Below, piece by piece: positions 31,223 to 39,071 of a DNA stretch of 64,000 bases. Source of the stretch: Acholeplasma sp. GTDB lineage: Bacteria; Bacillota_I; Bacilli_A; ML615J-28; CAG-698. Position 1 is the stretch's first letter, and every line of letters starts with the position of its first letter. The DNA is taken from NCBI GenBank assembly GCA_012838635.1, contig DUOW01000009.1, forward strand, positions 1,540-65,539, given 5' to 3'. The notes under the pieces are model-generated. The model saw only the letters and a program-made list of their open reading frames with translations, ran no database searches and was not told the DNA's origin. Made by a program: the position numbers and the translations under genes.

Positions 31223-32347
31223 TTATTCAGAGTCTGGTTGTGTAACGTTTATTAATGCTTCAACTCCAGCTGGGTTTCCACACTTATCTTTTAAGAAAGT
31301 TGCTAATTCAATTTTAGTAGTTGGTGCTGCAAAACCGTCTGCTTTCATAAGAGTTAATAAATCTTGATATTCAGCTACAGTATATGTTCTCCATCTCCAA
31401 GAATTTGTAGCAGTTGGAAGTCCAACAGAATCTTGATGAACACCTTTGCTTAAAGCTTTTCCACCATTGAATGCATTGTCAATAATTAAAGCTGTAAGTT
31501 CTTGTTCTACTGCTTGAGCTAATAATTTCATTGATGATGAAATAACTTTTGGACTTTGAGCTTCTTGGTCTACGTCTACACCAATAACCCATTTGTCTGT
31601 TTTACCTTCAGCGGCAACGAAAACTGAGTTTCCTGCTCCACCTGCGCAAGCAAAGATAATTTCAGTACCAGCATCATACCAGCTAGCTGCTTTTGTAGTA
31701 TGGTTTGGATCTGGTGCAAATGAGTTTAGATATTCGTAACGGTTAGCTGGGAAAGTAATTTCCTTTGACATTTCATTTGCTGCATAGTATGCACCAGCAA
31801 CATAGCCAATTCCAAACTTAACAACAGCTGGAACTGGAGCTCCACCTAAGAAACCTAAATTAGTGAAACCATCTTTTACAGCTGCATAGCCTGCTGTAAA
31901 TCCAGCTTCTTCTTCCTTAAATAGGATTGAACATACGTTCTTTGGAATATCCATTGCTGCACCTTCGTTTGTTGGTGTTCCATCAATAAAGATGAATGAT
32001 ACATCTGGATATTTTACTGCCATTTCACCAATAGCATCACTGAAATAATATCCAGGAGTTACAATAACATTAGCACCTTCTTCAATATTTAACTCAATTG
32101 CTGAAACATAAGCAGCAGTTGCTTAATCTGAAGGTTGATAATATTGATAATCAACTTTGTCTTTATGTGCATCACCAAATGCCTTAACTCCTTCCCAAGT
32201 TCCTTGGTTGAAAGATTTGTCGTTAATTGTTCCAACGTCAGTAATCATAACAATTTTTGTTTTGTCTTCTTTGTCGTCAGTACAACTACAACCAACTAAT
32301 AGTCCTAGTCCTAAAACTAGTACAAGAAATGTAATAAATTTTTTCAT
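31223..32347 (-). pseudogene. BMP-family (PnrA/Med-like) substrate-binding lipoprotein interrupted by one in-frame TAA
   Basis: ATG 32347 after AAAGGAGGA; signal peptide + lipobox MKKFITFLVLVLGLGLLVGC. TAA at 32125-32123, then the same frame continues (ATAAYVSAIELNIEEGANVIVTPGYYFSDAIGEMAVKYPDV...) to TAA 31223. ORF-track pieces 32123-32377 and 31223-32023 are in the same frame. Confidence 0.8.
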
Positions 32348-32404
32348 ATTTTCCTCCTTTACGAAAAAATCAATCAAAAGGTATTTACATAACCTCTATG
32401 GTTT

Positions 32405-32433
32405 ATTATAGCAAAAAACGATTACGTTTGCAA
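32405..32433 (-). promoter_or_regulatory. Promoter of the BMP/ABC importer operon
   Basis: Minus strand TTGCAA (32433-32428), 17 nt, TATAAT (32410-32405). Confidence 0.6.
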
Positions 32434-32439
32434 TCGTTT
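32416..32439 (-). terminator. Terminator after nadE (overlaps the next promoter)
   Basis: AAACGATT / AATCGTTT 8-bp stem, 8-nt loop, T-run on the minus strand. Confidence 0.6.
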
Positions 32440-32448
32440 TCTGGGTTT

Positions 32449-34347
32449 TCATTTATTTTCATTTGGTTTATTCATATCACCTGGAAGTTGAAAATTTTCT
32501 ATACTTAAAGATACATCAAAAACTTTAACACCTTCAGCCATATTATAACGTTTATATTGGCTAGAGATAAATCTTCGATTAAAGTTATTTACATATTTCA
32601 AAGCTTCTTCTGTGCTTAATTTATGAACATAGCCTAATAAAGATACTAATTTTTCATCAGTTGCACCATTAACTAGCTTATGATATAAAATAAAGTCATT
32701 AACCTCATAAGATCCTAAGATTTCCTCTGTATATTGTTTTCCTGGTAAAAGTTCAGGACTTACAGGAGCTTTTAAAATTTGTTTGATTTCTTCTTTAACT
32801 TCTTTATAAATTGTTTGATAATGTTCTAAAAGTCTTCTTACAGCTGTTTTAGGAATGCCTGAGTTAATAGCATACATTGATGAATTATCACCATTGAATG
32901 TTGTAAAACCTAATGCTATTTCACTTAGGTCACTTGTACCAATAACAATGCCTGAAACTTTATTAGCAAGATTCATTAAAGTAAAAGTACGGTATCTAGC
33001 TTGAATATTTTCATAAGTTGTATCTAACTTTTGATGATCGATTAAATCTCTTTGATAGTTTACTGCTTCTTCAATATTCAAATCTAAAGCATCAATACCT
33101 AACTTTTTCATTAAAGCTAAAGATAATTGATAACTTTCTTCTTTAGTATTGCTTGTTGGCATTGTAACACCTAAAATAGTATTTCTAGGTAAATTATACT
33201 CATCACACATCTTAACTAAAGATAGTAAAGCCAAAGTAGAATCTTGACCACCACTAATACCTAAAACTAACTTCTTTGACCCAACATGAGTAAATCTTTT
33301 ATAAACTGATGCCGTTTGAATACTAATGATTTGATCTAAATACAAATCATCTTTAGGTACAAATGGATTTTTATCAATCTCTCTTGTTAGTTTACATTTA
33401 TCAGCGTTTTTAATTAAATCTTCATGAACTGTAATATCTGAAGATAACTCATTATTTGCTTTCATATACGCTTGTTTATAATATGAGCTTTTTCTTCTCT
33501 TATAGCGAAGTGTTGCAATATCAATTTCACTTACAATTACTTTTGATTCAAATGCTAGTTTATCATCAATTTTTAAAGTTTTACCGGCTTCACAAATAAT
33601 TAATTCTGAACCAAAGATAACATTACTTGATGTTTCACTGGCACCAGTTGAAGCATAAACGTATGCACCACTATATTTATAAGTTAAGTTATTAATAATT
33701 AACTCGCGTTTTTTAGTTTTATAAATTCTTGCTGGTGAAGATGAACAATTAAAAACAATATCAGCTCCTTTTAAGTATAACTCTTCACTAACAGATTGTG
33801 GCGCCCACATATCTCCACACACTTCACAACCAAAAGTAATGTCACTATTATAAAACTTAAATAACATCTTACCAAAAGGAACAGGATGGTAATAATTATC
33901 ATCTTTGCCATCTTTGATTGTAAAGAAATCTAAATAATCTATTCCATTAAGTTTTTTACCAAACCATCTAGTTTCTTCAAATTCTTCTGAATGAGGTAAA
34001 TATTCTTTAGGGACAACTCCAATAAGTTCATCTTCTTGAACTACAAAGCTACAATTATAAATGACACTATTTTGGAAAGCATAAGCACCAAAAATCACAA
34101 CACCATTAAAGGGGTTGTTATTAAGCAAATATTTAATTGCTTCTTGTTGCTTCAAATATAGATCTTCACTATAAAACAAATCCCCACAAGAATAACCAGT
34201 AATTGCAAGTTCAGGAAAAACAATAATGTCAACATCTTTATCTAACTTTTTCAAAATGTTAAGCATTTCTTTTACATTTTCTAATGGCTTTCCTAAAACA
34301 ATTTTGGGGCTTGCAGCTGCAACTTTAATAAAATCTTTGCTGTACAT
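32449..34347 (-). CDS. nadE: Glutamine-dependent NAD+ synthetase (long form)
   Basis: N-terminal CN-hydrolase domain, C-terminal PP-loop GISGGQDS; 632 aa; TGA stop. Confidence 0.9.
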   Translation of the reverse strand: MYSKDFIKVAAASPKIVLGKPLENVKEMLNILKKLDKDVDIIVFPELAITGYSCGDLFYSEDLYLKQQEAIKYLLNNNPFNGVVIFGAYAFQNSVIYNCSFVVQEDELIGVVPKEYLPHSEEFEETRWFGKKLNGIDYLDFFTIKDGKDDNYYHPVPFGKMLFKFYNSDITFGCEVCGDMWAPQSVSEELYLKGADIVFNCSSSPARIYKTKKRELIINNLTYKYSGAYVYASTGASETSSNVIFGSELIICEAGKTLKIDDKLAFESKVIVSEIDIATLRYKRRKSSYYKQAYMKANNELSSDITVHEDLIKNADKCKLTREIDKNPFVPKDDLYLDQIISIQTASVYKRFTHVGSKKLVLGISGGQDSTLALLSLVKMCDEYNLPRNTILGVTMPTSNTKEESYQLSLALMKKLGIDALDLNIEEAVNYQRDLIDHQKLDTTYENIQARYRTFTLMNLANKVSGIVIGTSDLSEIALGFTTFNGDNSSMYAINSGIPKTAVRRLLEHYQTIYKEVKEEIKQILKAPVSPELLPGKQYTEEILGSYEVNDFILYHKLVNGATDEKLVSLLGYVHKLSTEEALKYVNNFNRRFISSQYKRYNMAEGVKVFDVSLSIENFQLPGDMNKPNENK

Positions 34348-34355
34348 ATTTCCTC

Positions 34356-34913
34356 CTAGTACAAATTGTTTTCTTCAATATATTTTCTAACCTTTGGAAG
34401 TACTAATTTTTTATTTTTAGTTTTACGATACTCAGAACTTGAAACATTTAGTTTCGGACAATCTTCTAGAATCGTGAAATTTTCTTGATACTTGCTCATA
34501 AAATCATCATTTTCTAGTATTTCCATAATATCAATATTATCTCTTGGAACAATTAAAAACTTATTTTGCATAATAATGTTTGGATAGTTAATCCATTTAT
34601 TCATATAAACTAAGTTATCTGCTCCAAGCAAAAAATATGATCCTGGATAATGAGCTAAAGTATATGTTGTGCCATAATAACCATCTAGTTTAATTTCAAA
34701 ATCAGAAACTGATGCCCTATCACCTAACTCTTTTGCCACTAATTCTAGCATTGCTAAACGATGAAAATCAGTTGCTAGTTCATCTTTATGATAAAGTGAA
34801 CTTGTTGGCATAAATATTATTTCTGAATCTTTATATTTCTTAAGTAAATATTTTGCAATCTTATAATGGGCAATTGTTGGTGGGTTAAATGATCCACCAT
34901 AAATAATCTTCAT
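34356..34913 (-). CDS. nadD: Nicotinate-nucleotide adenylyltransferase
   Basis: MKIIYGGSFNPPTIAHY (GxFxPxHxxH). ATG 34913 is spaced 5 nt from AGGAGA; the track ATG 34919 is too close to the RBS. TGgTATAAT -10 at 34938-34933. Confidence 0.9.
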   Translation of the reverse strand: MKIIYGGSFNPPTIAHYKIAKYLLKKYKDSEIIFMPTSSLYHKDELATDFHRLAMLELVAKELGDRASVSDFEIKLDGYYGTTYTLAHYPGSYFLLGADNLVYMNKWINYPNIIMQNKFLIVPRDNIDIMEILENDDFMSKYQENFTILEDCPKLNVSSSEYRKTKNKKLVLPKVRKYIEENNLY

Positions 34914-34954
34914 ACGCATCTCCTACTTACATATTATACCACATTTTAAAAGTA

Positions 34955-34985
34955 AAAGACAACTTTAAATATAAAAGTTGTCTTT
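34955..34985 (-). terminator. Terminator ending the mraZ-rsmH transcription unit
   Basis: 12-bp stem AAAGACAACTTT / AAAGTTGTCTTT with 7-nt loop, T-rich tail. Confidence 0.65.
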
Positions 34986-35123
34986 TTAGAAAAAATAAGT
35001 ATAAAATAAGGAATTATATGTGTTTACAAAAATTTTTGTAAATATATAACTAATCTATAAAATATTGTTATCTTGGTAATACCGGTTTTGGTAAAGGTCT
35101 TAAGTTTGTCATTTTCATATCTC

Positions 35124-36062
35124 CTATAATTTTTGAATGATTCTTAATTTTGCTGAGCGTGAACGACTATTTTGTTCTAGCTCTTCCGGACTTGGAGTTA
35201 TAACTTTTTTGTTAACTAAAGCAAACTCTTTTTTAAGCTTATAATCTTGAATTGGAAGATCTTTCGGCATATTGTCTTCTGTAACTTCTTTAAAGACCTC
35301 TTTACAGATGCGATCTTCTAAAGAGTGAAAGGTTATCACGCAACATCTCCCATTCGTATCTAGTAAATCAAGGGCATCTCTTAATGATTTTTCAAACACA
35401 TTTAACTCATCATTAACAGCAATTCTAATTGCTTGAAAAGTTTTTCGTGCTGGATGAGATGCTTTTCTACGGTAATGAGCTGGAACTGCTTGAGTAATAA
35501 TTCTAACTAATTCCGTAGTCGTTTCGATTGGTTTAACTTTTCTAAAATAATCTATTTTCTTTGCAATACTATTTGCATATTTTTCTTCACCATATTCAGA
35601 GATAATTCTTCGTAATTCTTCTACTGGATATTCATTTACGATATCGTAAGCAGTTAAAGCTTGATCTTGGTTCATTCGCATATCTAGTCTTGCTTCTTCA
35701 TGGAAACTAAACCCACGATCTTTATCATCAAGTTGGAATGAAGAGACACCTAAGTCATACAAGATTCCATCTACTTTATAAACTCCTAAACTATTTAATT
35801 GTTCTTTGATATTTACAAAGTTATCAGGAATAATTGTAAAGTTATTACTAATCTTAGCTAGTCTTTCTCTTCCTTCGCTGATTGCATATTGATCTTGTTC
35901 AAAACAGTAAAGTTTACCATTTACAAGTTTTTTTAAAATGATGCTTGCATGACCAGCTCCACCCATCGTACAATCTACGTATATTCCGTCTTCTTTAATA
36001 GTTAGGCCTGTAACAACTTCATTACGTAAAACTGGAACATGGATAATTTCAGTTCTAATCAT
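35124..36062 (-). CDS. rsmH: 16S rRNA (cytosine1402-N4)-methyltransferase
   Basis: MIRTEIIHVPVLRNEVV..., DCTMGGAGH, GILYDLGVSS, FHSLEDR motifs. ATG 36062 chosen (first ATG after the mraZ stop); the start is uncertain. Confidence 0.9.
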   Translation of the reverse strand: MIRTEIIHVPVLRNEVVTGLTIKEDGIYVDCTMGGAGHASIILKKLVNGKLYCFEQDQYAISEGRERLAKISNNFTIIPDNFVNIKEQLNSLGVYKVDGILYDLGVSSFQLDDKDRGFSFHEEARLDMRMNQDQALTAYDIVNEYPVEELRRIISEYGEEKYANSIAKKIDYFRKVKPIETTTELVRIITQAVPAHYRRKASHPARKTFQAIRIAVNDELNVFEKSLRDALDLLDTNGRCCVITFHSLEDRICKEVFKEVTEDNMPKDLPIQDYKLKKEFALVNKKVITPSPEELEQNSRSRSAKLRIIQKL

Positions 36063-36078
36063 TGAACTTGGTCTTTGT

Positions 36079-36507
36079 CTAATCATCAAAATCAATTCTT
36101 TCGCTAATTTCATCAAGTGTTGCTTGACGTTCTTGATAATATTTTAACCAGGCCTCTTTATCCCAAATTTCTATTCTTTCACCGACACCGATAATTACGC
36201 ATTCTTTGCTTAAACCAGCGTACTCTACTAATAACTTATCGATAGTAATTCTTCCTTGACTATCCATTTCTTTATTATAAGCACCTGACATAAACATTCT
36301 ACTAAACTCACGGTTTACTTTTTTCGTAAATGAAAGAGTGTTTAATTTATTAACAACTTTATTCCATTCGTCAGTTGGGTAGACGAAAAGACAGCGTTCG
36401 ATCCCTCTGTTTATAACTAGCTTATCTTTCAATAAAGATCGAAACTCAGTTGGTATAAATATTCTATTTTTGTCATCTAAATTGAAATGATATTCACCTA
36501 TAAACAT
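36079..36507 (-). CDS. mraZ: Transcriptional regulator MraZ
   Basis: MFIGEYHFNLDDKNRIFIP... two SpoVT/AbrB-like repeats (DxxxR). The track start 36546 is a GTG inside the operator repeats. Confidence 0.9.
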   Translation of the reverse strand: MFIGEYHFNLDDKNRIFIPTEFRSLLKDKLVINRGIERCLFVYPTDEWNKVVNKLNTLSFTKKVNREFSRMFMSGAYNKEMDSQGRITIDKLLVEYAGLSKECVIIGVGERIEIWDKEAWLKYYQERQATLDEISERIDFDD

Positions 36508-36521
36508 CGTTTTCTCCTTTC

Positions 36522-36546
36522 TCCACTTTTCCCCACTACTACCCAC
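36522..36546 (-). promoter_or_regulatory. Putative MraZ operator: three direct pentamer repeats at 10-nt phasing
   Basis: Minus strand GTGGG (36546-36542), GTGGG (36536-36532), GTGGA (36526-36522), each separated by 5 nt; between the -10 box and the RBS. Confidence 0.6.
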
Positions 36547-36550
36547 TTGA

Positions 36551-36580
36551 ATTGTACTACAACTTAATATTAAATGTCAA
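36551..36580 (-). promoter_or_regulatory. mraZ promoter
   Basis: Minus strand TTGACA (36580-36575), 18 nt, TACAAT (36556-36551). Confidence 0.6.
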
Positions 36581-36645
36581 GCCTTTTTTTTAAACTTTTT
36601 TGTAAAAAGTTAATATTTTTTAGTTTTCCACGTGGAAAATAAAAA

Positions 36646-36669
36646 AAGCACTCAATTTAAAGAGTGCTT
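36646..36669 (-). terminator. Terminator after rpmF
   Basis: AAGCACTC / GAGTGCTT stem, 8-nt loop, U7 on the minus strand. Confidence 0.7.
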
Positions 36670-36726
36670 TTCTACATTTAGAGGACCTTGCCTCTGTTTT
36701 TAGTTTTAGATCTAGAGCTTTATAGC

Positions 36727-36939
36727 TTATTTGTCTCCATCTGCAGCGCCAGCTTTAGCTTTAATTTCTTTTACTTGTTTCTTATTGTAGTATCCACAAT
36801 GAGGGCACACAACGTGTGATCTTACCATTTCACCACATTCAGGACAAGCAATAAGTGCTGGTTTCTTTAAAGCATGATGACTACGACGCTTACGCTTTCT
36901 AGTCTTTGAAACTCGATTTTGTTGAGCAATTGCTCCCAT
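36727..36939 (-). CDS. rpmF: 50S ribosomal protein L32 (zinc-binding form) with Lys/Ala-rich tail
   Basis: ...VSKTRKRKRRSHHALKKPALIACPECGEMVRSHVVCPHCGYY...; yceD-rpmF pairing. Confidence 0.9.
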   Translation of the reverse strand: MGAIAQQNRVSKTRKRKRRSHHALKKPALIACPECGEMVRSHVVCPHCGYYNKKQVKEIKAKAGAADGDK

Positions 36940-36973
36940 ATTCTTTCACCTCTATCTCTAATTTTAAAGTTAA

Positions 36974-37357
36974 TTAGTCACTATTACTAACTCGCATTGG
37001 TTTATGTAAGATTATATTAATCCAAACGAGTTCGTCTAAATCTAAAGTATTCTTTTCTATCAAGTACATATCTTCTTCAAAATTCATTTGCGTATCGCAA
37101 ATCTCTTCACATTCTAAAGCAATTGGATAATCAATTCCTTCTAAAGTAACAGCATCTTCTAACACTAAGACTCCTTTGATTGTGAAAAGAACTTCGAATC
37201 TATTAAAAGAAATTTCTTTAATCGAACCTTCTACATGTAAAGACTTTATATCTAAAACATCATGAGTTTCTAAAGCTCGATGTTTCAAATCAGGCTCATA
37301 AGAGAAATTATAAGCCTCATTATTGAATTTCTTCAACTGTTGTAAAGACCACTTCAT
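36974..37357 (-). CDS. yceD: YceD/DUF177 family protein
   Basis: 127-aa acidic protein immediately upstream of rpmF, the conserved yceD-rpmF operon position. Confidence 0.7.
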   Translation of the reverse strand: MKWSLQQLKKFNNEAYNFSYEPDLKHRALETHDVLDIKSLHVEGSIKEISFNRFEVLFTIKGVLVLEDAVTLEGIDYPIALECEEICDTQMNFEEDMYLIEKNTLDLDELVWINIILHKPMRVSNSD

Positions 37358-37389
37358 AGTATCCCTCTCAACTTTAACAATACTTATAA

Positions 37390-37418
37390 ATTATACTATA
37401 TTTTTACTAAAAAGTCAA
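37390..37418 (-). promoter_or_regulatory. Promoter of yceD-rpmF
   Basis: Minus strand TTGACT (37418-37413), 17 nt, TATAAT (37395-37390). Confidence 0.6.
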
Positions 37419-37430
37419 CATGATTAATTA

Positions 37431-37459
37431 ATGAAAAAACTACTAATAAATAGTAGTTT
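37431..37459 (-). terminator. Terminator after the 37459-38058 gene
   Basis: AAACTACTA / TAGTAGTTT 9-bp stem, 5-nt loop, T-rich tail; overlaps the stop codon. Confidence 0.6.
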
Positions 37460-38058
37460 TAGTTAATGTGATAAGTTGTAAAAATTTTAATGTTCTTACC
37501 AATAATACGCGAATAATCAACTTCTTCTGATGGTTCTGCTAATGTAATAATAAATTTCACAAGAACAGGATCACCATTTAAACTAATATTCTCAGGCGCT
37601 ATTATCTCAATTTTCGCAAGCTCAGAATACTCAACCGCACCTTCGATAATAGCCGTGCTAAAAACATTTAATGTACCACTAACATTAATATTACTATCAT
37701 TTCCACTTTCTTCGGCCCAAGAAACAGAAACCTCAAGAACAGCTTCTTCTACAATCTCTCTACCATATCCTGTACTTAATTCCTTAGTACCTGCTGGTAC
37801 TAATGCCTTATTTTCTAATGAGTTTAGTTGACTAAGATCAATGATTGTATCAATAGATTTTCCACCACCGATTATAACACCACTATCGTCTCCAGTTGTA
37901 CCTCCTGGTTTACGAACTAAACCTTTTCCACCTTGCATATCAGAAAATAGCATTAAATGAAATATAACGAACGCAAGTATAACTAGTAGAATTAGTAAGA
38001 AAAGGCTGTAACTTAACGCTCTTCTTTTTTTACTATCATCTTTATGAGATCTAACCAT
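37459..38058 (-). CDS. Hypothetical N-terminally membrane-anchored protein
   Basis: Basic N-terminus, one TM (LSYSLFLLILLVILAFVIFHLMLF), Gly-rich linker, beta-rich ectodomain. The start is 1 nt after the engB stop, with AAGGAG inside the engB end. Confidence 0.5.
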   Translation of the reverse strand: MVRSHKDDSKKRRALSYSLFLLILLVILAFVIFHLMLFSDMQGGKGLVRKPGGTTGDDSGVIIGGGKSIDTIIDLSQLNSLENKALVPAGTKELSTGYGREIVEEAVLEVSVSWAEESGNDSNINVSGTLNVFSTAIIEGAVEYSELAKIEIIAPENISLNGDPVLVKFIITLAEPSEEVDYSRIIGKNIKIFTTYHIN

Positions 38059-38059
38059 A

Positions 38060-38650
38060 TTATATCTCCTTTTTTATTTGATTTTGAATTACTTCAATAA
38101 TTTCCTCACGGCCAGTTTTCTTAAAGAATGATGTATAAATAATACTTTCATCGGTTAAGTTTAATTTGTCTTTAATTTGTTTTTTTGCTTTAGCTAGATT
38201 ACTATGGTTAACTTTATCAGTTTTTGTAGCGACAACCATAATTGGTAATTCTAAATAAAGCAAATATTCAAACATTAAAAGATCATCATTGGTTGGTCCT
38301 ACTTTAGTATCTACAAGTAAAAACGCAACTTTGATATTCAGATTATCTGTTAGATAATCTTCTAGATACCTACCAAATTTTTGTTTATCATCTTTGCTTC
38401 TACGAGCATAGCCATAACCTGGAACATCAACTAAATAAAAACTATCATCAATATTATAAAAGTTTATCGTTATAGTTTTACCAGGTAAAGTAGATGTTCT
38501 AGCAAGCATCTTACGATTGGTAATTAAGTTTATTAAACTTGACTTCCCAACATTACTTCTTCCCAAAAATACAATTTCTGGTCTATTATCTTTGTTTGGA
38601 CTATGCTTACTACTTACAATACTTGTAACATATTCACATTTTTCAAACAT
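38060..38650 (-). CDS. engB: Ribosome biogenesis GTPase EngB/YsxC
   Basis: GRSNVGKSSLIN (G1), DVPGYGYA (G3), TKTDK (G4). Confidence 0.9.
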   Translation of the reverse strand: MFEKCEYVTSIVSSKHSPNKDNRPEIVFLGRSNVGKSSLINLITNRKMLARTSTLPGKTITINFYNIDDSFYLVDVPGYGYARRSKDDKQKFGRYLEDYLTDNLNIKVAFLLVDTKVGPTNDDLLMFEYLLYLELPIMVVATKTDKVNHSNLAKAKKQIKDKLNLTDESIIYTSFFKKTGREEIIEVIQNQIKKEI

Positions 38651-38688
38651 TTAAGCCTCCAAAGAAAGTCCCTGAAAACAGGAACTTT

Positions 38689-39048
38689 TAGGTAAATATT
38701 CTATAAGCCTTGTTCTGTACTCCTTCAGAGCGGTAATCATTTATCTCTAATCTAATTAGCCTTAAATGAATTGAATTATCATTTAAAGTTCCCCTACCAA
38801 ATTTGGGTTTCTAGCTTGAGGGGTTTACCCGTTCCACTTTGTCATTTCTAACAAATTCGTCTCTGTCGCACTTTATGATTTTAACCATATTAAAAACTTA
38901 GGTTAATTAATCGCCGTTACTACTTTTAATAGTACCCTAACTTATGCTTTCGTTAGGCTCAAACACTACAGCATCTCAGCTGTGCTAGCAAGGACTTTCC
39001 TAACAATTATTTTAAAAATAATTGCTCGATTACCCAAATATTTTACCT
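38689..39048 (-). ncRNA. rnpB: RNase P RNA, type B (Firmicutes type)
   Basis: The minus strand aligns by eye with B. subtilis RNase P RNA: GGGTAATCG..., AGGAAAGTCC(P4)...GCTGAGATGC..GTAGTG, AAAGTGCGACAG.GACG, GTGGAACGGGTAAACCCCTCAAGC.AGAAACCCAAATTTGGTAGGGGAAC, ...GTACAGAACAAGGCTTATAG. P1 pairs 39048-39038 with 38700-38690. TGtTATAAT at 39062-39054. Confidence 0.9.
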
Positions 39049-39071
39049 TCGTTATTATAACACGTTTTCAA

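Noticed and set aside
32123-32125. TAA reassignment or programmed readthrough as an explanation for the two in-frame TAA codons (32125-32123 and 50034-50032).
   Set aside because: TAA is the ordinary stop of most genes in this window (ispG, nfo, rpmG, grpE, asnA, valS and others). In the array the aligned codon is simply GAA in the paralogs, and copy B has a second, frameshift lesion. Nonsense mutation or sequencing error is the simpler explanation.
36508-36546. N-terminal extensions given by the ORF track: mraZ to 36546, hrcA to 10915, truB to 46073, radC to 23057, the bmp gene to 32377, the XRE regulator to 21628, trmR to 20269, dnaK to 9268 and zinc-ribbon B to 39999.
   Set aside because: Most start at TTG/GTG (ATG for hrcA and dnaK) and run through -10 boxes, operator repeats, terminator stems, the RBS itself or the upstream gene. 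In each case a downstream ATG with a proper RBS reproduces the canonical family N-terminus.
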